The position numbers and the translations under genes are program-made. DNA of 64,000 nucleotides from Sedimentisphaerales bacterium (lineage in GTDB: Bacteria > Planctomycetota > Phycisphaerae > Sedimentisphaerales > Anaerobacaceae): NCBI GenBank assembly GCA_963708075.1, contig OY970194.1:480001-544000 (forward strand), read 5' to 3'. Shown here one piece after another: positions 29,102 through 38,719 of this stretch (positions are counted from its first letter, which is position 1; the number at the start of each line of letters is the position of its first letter). Under the pieces are notes generated by a model, which was given only the letters and a program-made list of their open reading frames with translations, did no database searches and was not told the DNA's origin.

Positions 29102-29424
29102 CCACTGTCGCACACTGGGGACCTCCGGCACGGGCGACTTCCTCGCCCACGCGGTCCATAATCGGCCCCTCGGGTGCGTAGATAGATGTGGATAATCCCA
29201 TTGTCCCGCAAGGACTTACGCCGCTGACGCCGATTCTTGCTTCCGAGAGACGACTTTGCCGTCATTTTGCCCATTTTATCATTGACTTTTCGCTATAAAA
29301 TCTGTCTTATATAGGGTACAGCCGAAGGGAATCGAGACTCTTTACATTTGGTGGGCAGTACTCCGCTACGGACGGCACATCTGATAACAGCGTGAAACTG
29401 GGTAGCAGGAAGAGGGTGGAGTGT

Positions 29425-30207
29425 ATGAGTTCGCTCAAATCGGTAATCGCACTGTTGACCGTCTCTCTGGTTTGCAGTCTCTCTTTTGCCCCCGTTTGTC
29501 CGGCCGCAGCGACGTACAGCGGCAGCCTCCAATATACGCCCCCCGCGCCGCCGACCAGCAGCGACGGTCTGAACGTGGGCGGCCCAAGCGGCCAGTGGGA
29601 CAGCTACACGGTCACCTTCTCCTGGGCCGTCACTGACTCTGATCCCAGCCCGGCGGGGTATCCCTGGCATTACACGTACCACATGCAGCATAGCGGCACT
29701 CAGTTCGGCTACAGCCACATCATCATCGAGGGCTCTCCCAATATGACGTCGGAAGACATTGCCGGCCTGACGGGCGCCACCCTCGATTCCGTGAAGCTTC
29801 AGACGGTCCTGGGCGGCAATCCGAACATGCCGGAGGACGTCTACGGCATGCGATTCCTTCCGCCGACCTCGGGCGTCACCGATATGACTTGGGATTTCTT
29901 CAGCGACCGCGCCCCGGTATGGGGTGACTTCTACGCTCGTTGCGGCGGATTTCAGGGCGGCATCAACTTCGCCTACAACTACAACATGGACGACAGCGGC
30001 TTCGCCAGAGGCTTCCTCGATCCCGACGGAAACGACAACATCCTGAATGACACCGATCCGACCGCCGGCCCGTCCAATGGCTCGCTTGACTTCCACATTC
30101 TCAGGCCGGACACCACGAGCACCACGATCCCCGCCCCGGGCGCCTTGCTCCTGACCGGAATCGGCGCGAGCGTCGTCACCTGGGCCCGTCGCCGCCGCAC
30201 GCTGTAA
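29425..30207 (+). CDS. Secreted PEP-CTERM-like exosortase substrate
   Basis: Signal peptide; C-terminal IPAPGALLLTGIGASVVTWARRRR. Confidence 0.85.
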   Translation: MSSLKSVIALLTVSLVCSLSFAPVCPAAATYSGSLQYTPPAPPTSSDGLNVGGPSGQWDSYTVTFSWAVTDSDPSPAGYPWHYTYHMQHSGTQFGYSHIIIEGSPNMTSEDIAGLTGATLDSVKLQTVLGGNPNMPEDVYGMRFLPPTSGVTDMTWDFFSDRAPVWGDFYARCGGFQGGINFAYNYNMDDSGFARGFLDPDGNDNILNDTDPTAGPSNGSLDFHILRPDTTSTTIPAPGALLLTGIGASVVTWARRRRTL

Positions 30208-30242
30208 GAGCCGTCGCGGCCAAACCGCCGGAATCGAAATTA

Positions 30243-30935
30243 TCTCGCGCAGAGACGCTGAGATGCAGAGAAACGACTGTCATTCGACACGGATTCCACG
30301 GATTCACACTGATTTCAAACTGACAACCGACAACTGAGAACTGTCAACTGCCTTTTTCATCCGCGGATTTCGTAGGGTGGGTTCTTAACCCACGCGGATT
30401 CTCCTCCATTCATGTCATTCCCGCGAAGGCGGGAATCCAGGTTTCTAACCGCAGAGGATGCGAAGGGGCGCAGGGGAAGAATGTAACCGCAGATGAACGC
30501 CGATGGACGCGGATTTCCAACTGAGAACCGGGAACCGAGAACAACTGACTTTCTCGCGCAGAGACGCTGAGACGCAGAGAAGATGCAACATGCAGGGTGG
30601 GTTCTTAACCCACGCGGACTCTCCTCCATTCATGTCATTCCCGCGAAGGCGGGAATCCATCTTCGTCTTTCAAGAGCAACCGCTGCGACCAAAATCATCT
30701 CACGCAGAGACGCTGAGACGCAGAGAAAATGCAACATGCAGGGTGGGTTCTTAACCCACGTGGACTCTCCTCCATTCATGTCATTCCCGCGGAGGCGGGA
30801 ATCCAGATTTCTAACAGCAGAGGACGCGAAGGGTCGCAGGCGAGAAATGGAACCGCGGATAACCGCGGATGAACGCTGATGAGGGGTGGGGACAAGGCAA
30901 CGGCGAGAGCCGGTAGGGTGGGCTATGCCCACCGA
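30243..30935 (+). repeat. BIME-like mosaic REP cluster (GTAG REP + ATTCCC REP + heptamers)
   Basis: 146-bp period (30552/30698); GTAGGGTGGGTTCTTAACCCACGCG followed by GTCATTCCCGCGAAGGCGGGAATCCA three times. Confidence 0.85.
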
Positions 30936-30957
30936 TTCTCATTCTTCACCACCGAGA

Positions 30958-31072
30958 CCACGGAGAAAATCCGTTCGGGTGACGAGATGCGCCCGCGGGG
31001 CACAGAACCTCTGACTTCACACATCAAACTTCACACTTCACACCTTCTTTCCCATTCCGCCGTCCGAAATCC
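30958..31072 (+). repeat. 115-bp inverted repeat, left arm
   Basis: Reverse complement of 35138-35252, 5 mismatches. Confidence 0.9.
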
Positions 31073-31480
31073 TCAATTTTCCCAAAGCTCCTCAATTCTC
31101 CATCTTCCGTTCTGCCCTGTATCCTGAAGGCCTCCGCTCTACTGCCACACTGCCATATAGGCAGACGCCCTATGCCAAAATAGGCAAAACCCTGAACGCT
31201 ATCCACAAAGCCTCAGTTATCCAAGTCCTGCAAGTATATAGACGACAAGTACTTACGACTTTCTTTATCGGTCCATGGCTTGGTCTGGCACGCAATTTGC
31301 ACCTCTGTGGAACCAGAAAAAATAGAATATTGGTCGGTGAGGAAGCCGACCGAACGACGTGAGTCACTTCGATCCTTCCCCACTGATCAATGTAGGCGCG
31401 GCTGCTTGTGCCCGTCCAGAAAGGCCAAATTTGAATTAGCGAACGTAATTGTCGTTAATAACTGAATAGGAGAACCGCCT

Positions 31481-31705
31481 GTGAACAACTATGAACTAAG
31501 GAAGGAAGATGGACAGTGGAAATTTCAGCAGCAGGGGGCCGGTCGTGCCATAAAGGTCTTCCCGACCAAAGGGGAAGGTGTGGACTTTAGCACGAACTAC
31601 ATGGGGGAACATGGAGGCTCGCTGAAGATCAAGAAGGAGAACGGCAGAATCCAGGAAGAAAGGACCTATCCGAGAAAGGCTGATCCCCGAGAGACACCAG
31701 GCTGA
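31481..31705 (+). CDS. DUF2188-like small protein
   Basis: W...GAGRAIKVFPTK...SLKIKKENGRIQEERTYP..DP; AGGAG RBS. Confidence 0.75.
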   Translation: MNNYELRKEDGQWKFQQQGAGRAIKVFPTKGEGVDFSTNYMGEHGGSLKIKKENGRIQEERTYPRKADPRETPG

Positions 31706-31777
31706 TATGCTTTGACCTCGTGGCACTTGTGGCGGGCAGCAACTGCAACTCCAGTTCGGAAGTGAAGGACATAGAAT

Positions 31778-32392
31778 ATGGCACTGACTGATTCATATCT
31801 TGCTCAGACAAAGAATCTTGGCGCGATACTTAGCGCGATCCGTGGAGCGCAGGCTCCGGAGAAATTCACGGTACGGTTTCTCGAACAATTGGGCTTCAAG
31901 AGCACAAATGACCGGAATATCATCGGTGTCCTCAAGGGATTAGGATTTCTGGATGACTCTGGTACACCGAAGCAGCGATACTTTGACTATCTCGACGAGA
32001 CGCAACACAAGGCTGTGATGGGCCAGGCTGTCCAAGAGGCCTACGCGGACCTGTTTAAGGTTAACGGCAAGGCCTGTGAGATGTCACAAACAGATGTGAA
32101 AGCTAAGCTAAAGACTCTCACGCAAGGCTCGAAGGGTGATTCTGTGCTTACCAAGATGGCGATGACGTTTGCCGCTTTATGTAGGGAAGCGGCCTTCACA
32201 ACGGCGCACGTGTCGAAGAAACCTGCCGAGGAGCAGGCAGATAAGACGGAGGACAAGAAACCACCTGAGCACCAAGAGAACGTGAAGCGCGCCATGAATC
32301 TTAGTTATGCCATCAATATCGAGTTGCCACCAACACGAGATCAGGCCATATACGATGCCATATTCCGCTCACTCCGGGAGCACATTCTATGA
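31778..32392 (+). CDS. DUF5343-like protein
   Basis: AQAPEKFT..FLEQLGFKSTNDR.IIGVLK.LGFLD..GTP; C-terminal LSYAINIELP...YDAIFRSLREH. Confidence 0.75.
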   Translation: MALTDSYLAQTKNLGAILSAIRGAQAPEKFTVRFLEQLGFKSTNDRNIIGVLKGLGFLDDSGTPKQRYFDYLDETQHKAVMGQAVQEAYADLFKVNGKACEMSQTDVKAKLKTLTQGSKGDSVLTKMAMTFAALCREAAFTTAHVSKKPAEEQADKTEDKKPPEHQENVKRAMNLSYAINIELPPTRDQAIYDAIFRSLREHIL

Positions 32393-32982
32393 TTATGCTT
32401 GAACGTACGGACAACAAACTCGCTGGGTTTGTGCTGAAAGGACAGATGGCAGAGATAGCTATTGCACGCTGCCAGGCTAGCCCTGTGAAAAGCGGCGAAA
32501 TCACGTTCAACGATATAGCAGCGCGTGTCGGAATCAAAGATCTAGATGAAGACGAGGTAGAGGCAGCGCGAAAGATGTCGGCGGTTTACATCGCAATCGC
32601 CAGTTTCGAAAACATGGTTCGAAATTTGATCTCGACGCGTATGTTAGAGGTCAAGAAAGACAACTGGTGGGAACAGTGCGTGTCCGCTGAGATAAAGAAG
32701 AAAGCGCAGAAGAAGATTGACGAGGAAAAGCGCATTCGATGGCATAAGAGCCGTGGGCTGAGCCCTATCTACTTCACCGAAATCGGCGATCTCATTTCGA
32801 TAATTCAGCAGAACCTCGCGGTCTTTGAGGACATCATTCCGGATACTGATTGGCTCCGTCAGATCATCAAGAGCGTTGAACGTTCTCGCAACGTAATCAT
32901 GCACAGCGGTCAATTGTCGCTCGACGATATCGAAAGAGTTGGCGTAAATGTCCGGGATTACATTCGACAAGTTGGAGCCTGA
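32389..32982 (+). CDS. Swt1-like HEPN domain protein (putative RNase)
   Basis: FENMVRNLI, WW, YFTEIGDL, RNVIMH (Rx4H); ATGA overlap with the upstream gene. Confidence 0.8.
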   Translation: MIMLERTDNKLAGFVLKGQMAEIAIARCQASPVKSGEITFNDIAARVGIKDLDEDEVEAARKMSAVYIAIASFENMVRNLISTRMLEVKKDNWWEQCVSAEIKKKAQKKIDEEKRIRWHKSRGLSPIYFTEIGDLISIIQQNLAVFEDIIPDTDWLRQIIKSVERSRNVIMHSGQLSLDDIERVGVNVRDYIRQVGA

Positions 32983-33070
32983 GAGAAACCAGGGGAATTC
33001 CGTGGTAATCCTACTTACTTCAGTTCTACATCGGGTGTGGTGCCAGATACCTTGAATTCGGAGGGACGCA

Positions 33071-33385
33071 TTGGCGATCAAAGTAGTGATATGCGGAATG
33101 GAGCGGGCGTATGATGGTTCTCTCCCTTCGTGGATTAAAGAACAGCATTGCAGAAGAAGACGCGAAGGGGATGAGTTCTGGTTTAGGATCATCATAGAAA
33201 CGAATTATGTTAGCCTAATGTTCTCTTCTCACACTTGCCCAAGGCCCGCTGGTAGGCCGAAGCCGTATACCAATGAATTGGAGACACGTATCGCTGATAT
33301 GTGGACTGACATGAGTGTCGGAACGCGGGACGACATCGAGCCGCTCCTTCATTTCCTCTACAAAGTGAATGGGATGCTTACCTGA
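33071..33385 (+). CDS. Hypothetical protein in the candidate defence island
   Basis: 104-aa ORF with GGAGGG RBS, co-oriented with neighbours. Confidence 0.55.
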   Translation: MAIKVVICGMERAYDGSLPSWIKEQHCRRRREGDEFWFRIIIETNYVSLMFSSHTCPRPAGRPKPYTNELETRIADMWTDMSVGTRDDIEPLLHFLYKVNGMLT

Positions 33386-33395
33386 GAGGATCTCC

Positions 33396-34351
33396 ATGGT
33401 CAAGGTATTCTTCTCGTATTCTCACCAGGATGAGAACCAGCAGAAATGAACTTGAGAAACATCTTTCGGTGCTCAAGAGAGAAGGGCTTATAGATACTTG
33501 GCATGATCGCCGGATACTTGCCGGTGCAGACCTTGGGAATGAGATAGATCAGAATCTTATCGAGGCCAATCTTATTCTGCTCTTGGTCAGTCCTGATTTC
33601 CTCGCTTCTGATTACTGCTGTGGCAGAGAGATGAGAAAAGCCTTGGAGATGAGGGATCAAGGTCTCCGCCTGGGTAATTCCAATAATCTTGGATCATTGT
33701 GACTGGCGGAACACCCCGCTTCGAGATTTGCTCGCTTGCCCACAGGATGGGAAGCCCGTTGCCGATTACCCGAATCCCAACAAGGCCTTCAACGAAATCA
33801 GTCAGGAGATACGACGGGTCATTCACGAGATCACATCTACAGATACGGCAGATGGCAAGTCAAAGTCGCAGAACCGTAAGGATGTATCTTGGCGTGAGTC
33901 CAAACCCACTGTAATTGATGAGGTCAGGTCGAGCAATCTGCGCATTAAGAGGGAGTTCTCGGATTACGATAAGGACGCATTCAAAAAGAACGCGTTTGAC
34001 TACATGGCGAAGTTCTTCAACAACTCATTGGAGGAGTTGAAATCGCGGAACCATGATATCAGGTTCACCTTTGAGAGCGAAGGAAACAAGTTCTCCGCAA
34101 CCATCTATCGATCTGGCAGGGAAGTCGCTCATTCTATGGTCGTGAATACCGTTAGAAGCAACTCATGGCAAGGCATCACTTATTCGTGTGCGAGGGACGG
34201 GGATGGCATCAATGAGTCCCTCAATGTCGAAGATGATGGCTATAGCCTCTTTCTCATTCCGATCCTTCACATGTCCGGAGAGAAAGAAAAGCTGTCCGAG
34301 AAGGGGGCCGCTGAATATTACTGGAGTATGCTCATCGAGCAGATGCGATAG
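33396..34351 (+). CDS. TIR-domain protein with C-terminal domain; two frameshifts (~33440, ~33665)
   Basis: MVKVFFSYSHQDE | RNELEKHL...WHDRRILAG...LLLVSPDFLASDYCCGREM | VIPIILDHCDW...; putative catalytic Glu present. Confidence 0.85.
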
Positions 34352-34469
34352 TGGGGCGCACAGGTTCACAGAGGGTACAGAGGGTCAGAGGGTACAGAGG
34401 GTAAACGGGGTCACGTACTGAATTAGGAATTATTGGCTCCTCATCGAGCACGTAATCGACAGCCCGCCA

Positions 34470-34990
34470 TCCGTTGTCGGTTGAAAGAGTGGATTCCTGC
34501 CCCCGATCAGAGCCTGCCCTCGACTTGATCGAGGGTCGAGGGCAGGCCCTGCGGGGGAATGACGTGCCTGGCACAGAAGAAATCGGTGTGCGATGCACAC
34601 CCTACAAAATCTGCGCAAATCTGTGAAATCTGCGGATAGAAAAGCAGTTGTCAGGACTTGAACGCGTGGGTTAAGAACCCACCCTACGTGTTGCATTGCC
34701 TCCGTGGTGAAAAAGGCAGTTGTCAGTAGTCGGTTGTCAGTTGAAAGAGTGGATTCCCGCCTGCGCGGGAATGACATAGGAGAACGGTGGGGCAAGCCCC
34801 ACCCTACATGTCGCATCTTCTCCGCGTACCTCTGTGGCGAAAAAGCAGTTGCCAGTAGTCAGTAGTCGGTTGGCGGTTGAAGACCTGGATTCCTGCTTTC
34901 GCAGGAATGACAGGGTCAGTATCCGCGTTCGTCAACGTTTATCTGCGGTTACATCCCCTCTGCGTACCTCTGCGGTCTTTGCGGTTAAAA
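34470..34990 (-). repeat. Mosaic REP cluster in the opposite orientation to 30243-30935
   Basis: Reverse GTAG REPs (...CACCCTAC at ~34600, ~34685, ~34805) and reverse ATTCCC REPs (one with a nested insert at ~34500-34550). Confidence 0.8.
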
Positions 34991-35069
34991 AATCTTTGCT
35001 TTATCGGTTCTGTTATTCCTTTTGGGGCAACGAGTTATGAATGTTGCGGAAAATGGGCTGATAATTTTG

Positions 35070-35097
35070 TTGCACAGTAAACAGTCGATGCTATAAT
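35070..35097 (+). promoter_or_regulatory. Sigma70-type promoter with extended -10
   Basis: TTGCAC-16 bp-TATAAT with TGn immediately before the -10. Confidence 0.6.
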
Positions 35098-35137
35098 ATT
35101 ACGAACGTCGCGGCGAGCGGTGGGGCCGTCCGATTGC

Positions 35138-35252
35138 GGATTTCGGAGTGCGGAATGGGAAAGAAGGTGTGAAGTGTGAGGTTTGATGTGTGAAGTCAGA
35201 GGTTCTGTGCCCCGCGGGCGCATCTCGTCACCCGAGCGGATTTTCTCTGTGG
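35138..35252 (-). repeat. 115-bp inverted repeat, right arm
   Basis: Pairs with 30958-31072. Confidence 0.9.
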
Positions 35253-35456
35253 ACTCTGTGTCCTCTGTGGCGAGAAAGCTTGGATTCCCGCCTTCGCGGG
35301 AATGACATCGTTGGCCTTGACCAGTGATCAACAACCATCAACCAACAGCCGATTTCGGCAGGGGACCTTCACGCGTGGGTTGAGAACCCACCCTACAACT
35401 GACAACCGTCAACTGACAACTGAGAACTGTCAACTATTCAGCCTTGGAGGTACGAG

Positions 35457-36173
35457 ATGGCGGAGCGGACTTGTTATGACTGTGCGCTGTGTGTGTTTGA
35501 CAAGTGCCTGTGGATGCGGAGTCTGCAATCGGGGTTCCCGGCCCGGGCGATGTGCGCGAACCATCCGGATACGCCGGGTACGCTGCGGCCGGTCCCGCTG
35601 GATGGACCCTGCCGGAACTTCAAGGAGAAGCCGGATGCAGGGCGGATCGAGCCGCCACCCCCGCCTAACGATGACGTGCGGTATGTCCCCCTGACGAAAG
35701 GGAAATTCGCGATTGTGGACGCGGCGGATTACGAGTGGCTGAGTAAGTACAAATGGTATGCACAGGCGAGAAGGGACGGCAAGGGTTACTATGCGGTTCG
35801 GAGCAGGGGACGCCATACAATCATGATGCACCGGGAGATTATGCAGACGCCGGAGGGGATGGTCGTGGATCACGGAAACGGCAATGGCGCAGATAACCGC
35901 CGAGCCAACATGTGCAATTGCACGCAAGAGCAGAACACCCAGAACAGCCGGCCTCGCGCCAAACACACATCCCGGTTTCGAGGCGTGCACCGCCATGGCA
36001 ATACGTGGGCGGCAACGTACGGGTACAAGGGGGTCAGGTACTACCTGGGCCTGTTCGATGATGAGGTGGCGGCGGCGAAGGCCCGCGACCGCAAGGCGTA
36101 CGAGCTGGCCGGGCCATTTGTGTACCTGAACTTCCCCGAGGATTTCAAGGACAAGGCAGAGCAGCCGCACTGA
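35457..36173 (+). CDS. HNH endonuclease + AP2 DNA-binding domain with Cys-rich N-terminus
   Basis: MHREIM...VVDHGNGNGADNRRANM (HNH_3); SRFRGV...YLGLFDDEVAAAKARD...LNFP (AP2); CYDC..C..C..CANH..C; GGAGG RBS. Confidence 0.9.
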   Translation: MAERTCYDCALCVFDKCLWMRSLQSGFPARAMCANHPDTPGTLRPVPLDGPCRNFKEKPDAGRIEPPPPPNDDVRYVPLTKGKFAIVDAADYEWLSKYKWYAQARRDGKGYYAVRSRGRHTIMMHREIMQTPEGMVVDHGNGNGADNRRANMCNCTQEQNTQNSRPRAKHTSRFRGVHRHGNTWAATYGYKGVRYYLGLFDDEVAAAKARDRKAYELAGPFVYLNFPEDFKDKAEQPH

Positions 36174-36295
36174 ACGAGACGAAACGTCCGCACGATGGGC
36201 GAGGGCCGATCCCCGGGCGGAACTGAAACCGGCCGGCGCCAGGACTGCAGAGAGGCAGCCGGGCGGCGCCGGCCTGGTTCTCGGAATCGAGTGCG

Positions 36296-37756
36296 TTAAG
36301 GCACCGTCAACGACTCACTGGTTTTCACGTTGGCCGCGGGGTCGTACGTGAGCGAGTTGGTCACGTCGGTCACGGTCGAGGTGAAGGTGCCCACGGCCGC
36401 CGATCGGATCAGGAAGGTTGCTGTGCCTTCGGAATCGGTGACGGCTGTCTGCGATACCGGCTCCCAGTTCGGCCGGGTGGTTGTCACGGAGACGGTCGCA
36501 CCCGAAACCGGGGACGCGTTGTCGACGATGGTCATCTTTGTGTACACGATGTGACCCCTGCCGGCTTTCGCGGACCACATGTCTATGGCCGACACGTGCA
36601 TTGTCGTGGACTTGCCGCAGGCCTTCTGGGCGTCGACGAGGCCGTATCCGAAGTTCGGGTCTCTGCCGGGGGCGCCGATGTCCTCCGCCGAGCTTGTCAG
36701 CTTGTCGCTGACGGCGACGTTCGATGCGGCCCCGGACGCCCAGACCAGAGCGGCGGCGCCCGTCACGTGCGGGCAGGCCATCGATGTGCCACTCATGTAT
36801 GTGTAGGAGCCGTCTTTGTAGGTGGAATAAATGCGGACGCCGGGGGCGGCCAGTTCGATCTCGGGGCCGAAGTTCGAGAAGGATGCGAGCTTATCCTTAT
36901 CATCCGTGGCCGAGACGGCGATGACCGATGGGTATGCCGCCGGGTAGCCGACGGGGCCGCTGTAATTGCCGGCCGCGGCAACGAGCAGCACACCGGCGGC
37001 AAAGGCGGCGTCACAAGCGCTCTCGAGGCTCTTGCTGCCGCCGCCTCCCAGGCTCATGGAGGCGACATGCATATGATTCGCCGCGCACCAATCCAGGCCC
37101 TGGATGACATCGCTCGTATAGCCGAGGCCGGTGTCGGCAAGCACCTTCACGGCGTGAAGCCGGGCGCCCGGGGCCACCCCGACAACTCCGATATCGTTGT
37201 TCAGGGCCGCCACAATGCCCGCACAATGCGTGCCGTGGCCGTGGCCGTCCTTCCAATGTGCGGGGTTTGTGCTTCCGTCTTTGTCTACCGAGCCGGAGTA
37301 GTTGACGCCGTCGATCACGGCCAGGTCCGGGTGATCGGAGTCGATGCCGGTGTCGAGAATGGCCACGTCCACGCCGGCGCCGGTGTTGCCGCCGGGCCAG
37401 GCGAGGTCTGCGTCGATTCTGTCCACGCCCCAGGGCGTTGATTGCTCAAACGCATAGAGCAGGACATCGTCTTCCACGTAGGCGATGCCGGGTTGACGTT
37501 CCAGCACATCGATCGCCTCGTCAGGCACCCACGCGGCGACCGCCGGAATCAGGTCGAATACCGCATGAATGATCCCGCCGAACTGCAAAACCATGTCGGC
37601 ACGGTCCTGAGCGGCCTGGAACTTGGCGCCGGACTCAAAGCCAATCAGCACTCGACGACCGGGGGGCTCATCATCCTGCCCATACGCCTGTGGCGCCAGG
37701 CCGGGGATGACAGGCGTTAAGAGTAGCACCAACAATATTCTCAGCACAGTCTTCAT
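36296..37756 (-). CDS. Secreted subtilisin-like S8 serine protease
   Basis: Signal peptide, I9-like propeptide, ILDTG, HGTHCAG, SGTSMACPHV. Confidence 0.95.
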   Translation of the reverse strand: MKTVLRILLVLLLTPVIPGLAPQAYGQDDEPPGRRVLIGFESGAKFQAAQDRADMVLQFGGIIHAVFDLIPAVAAWVPDEAIDVLERQPGIAYVEDDVLLYAFEQSTPWGVDRIDADLAWPGGNTGAGVDVAILDTGIDSDHPDLAVIDGVNYSGSVDKDGSTNPAHWKDGHGHGTHCAGIVAALNNDIGVVGVAPGARLHAVKVLADTGLGYTSDVIQGLDWCAANHMHVASMSLGGGGSKSLESACDAAFAAGVLLVAAAGNYSGPVGYPAAYPSVIAVSATDDKDKLASFSNFGPEIELAAPGVRIYSTYKDGSYTYMSGTSMACPHVTGAAALVWASGAASNVAVSDKLTSSAEDIGAPGRDPNFGYGLVDAQKACGKSTTMHVSAIDMWSAKAGRGHIVYTKMTIVDNASPVSGATVSVTTTRPNWEPVSQTAVTDSEGTATFLIRSAAVGTFTSTVTDVTNSLTYDPAANVKTSESLTVP

Positions 37757-38034
37757 AGTGTAGTTCTCCATTGGAAGGAGAGCGATCAGCGTTCTCCTCT
37801 GTCTTTGGAATTTCTCTCGCGTCGTCGTCCTGCTGTTGGGGCGGACAACAAAACGAGTATAACGGTGTCTTACGGAGCGTGGAGGAATCCGGCGTTGAGG
37901 AAACTCCGCATTTTTCGCGTGGCCTCAGAGGATCGCGCAAGAGCGCAGACTCTCCGTCCATCCACGCTGAATGTTGGGAGTGTCACGCCTGGTCCGGAGA
38001 GAAACGTCGGGATGAAGGGGACGCAGCGAGCGCG

Positions 38035-38544
38035 TTACTTCCAGGCGTCGAATCCGGCGAGGCTGGTCTTATCGTCGAGGACGCCGAGGGTGACAATCCC
38101 GAAGGTGAAGATGCTCGTGCCGGGCTCCAGGTGGCCACCCATCGCCTTCTCCTGGTTGGAGAACGTGACGTGTGCGTGAACCCGGCCGTCGATGACGTAC
38201 CCGGTGACGGCGAGCAGGTCCTGGGGCCCTTCGGCCTCGGGGAAGGCCTCCTTCGGGGGGAAAGTGACGTTGTCCACGACGTGGACACGATATCGTGTCA
38301 GCGATCCGGCGCCGCTGAGGATCACGGCGTTTTTGATGCCTTTCTCGGCTACGGCGGTCTTCAATGCGTCCAGCATGTCCTGGCCGTTGCGCATGCGAAC
38401 GATCACGACTCGCGTGAAATGAGTCTCTACGGTCTGGACCGTTGGGGCGTTGCCGGCGGCCGGCTGTGACGGGACGGCCGCCCAGCAGGTGACCACGGCA
38501 GCGGCAACAGCAACAAGAGCAAGCAACGATAGTGCGGATCTCAT
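38035..38544 (-). CDS. PPC/DUF296 domain protein with signal peptide
   Basis: ILSGAGSL, HAHVTF, GGHL; hydrophobic leader. Confidence 0.85.
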   Translation of the reverse strand: MRSALSLLALVAVAAAVVTCWAAVPSQPAAGNAPTVQTVETHFTRVVIVRMRNGQDMLDALKTAVAEKGIKNAVILSGAGSLTRYRVHVVDNVTFPPKEAFPEAEGPQDLLAVTGYVIDGRVHAHVTFSNQEKAMGGHLEPGTSIFTFGIVTLGVLDDKTSLAGFDAWK

Positions 38545-38719
38545 TTTGCGAACCTCCCAAAGCAGGACCACGGTCGTACTCTCTCAAACACCAACGACCT
38601 CCATTGTATCGGGGGACGCGCCGAGTAACAGAGCGTGATCCGGGAATCTCGTTGTGTGTAGCGGATTTCCGTATAGAATGTGAGGGCATGAATGGCATGG
38701 TGACTTGGGAGGTATGTAT

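Noticed and set aside
35457..36173. Prophage or intron context for the HNH-AP2 gene
   Set aside because: No phage structural, integrase or intron features nearby
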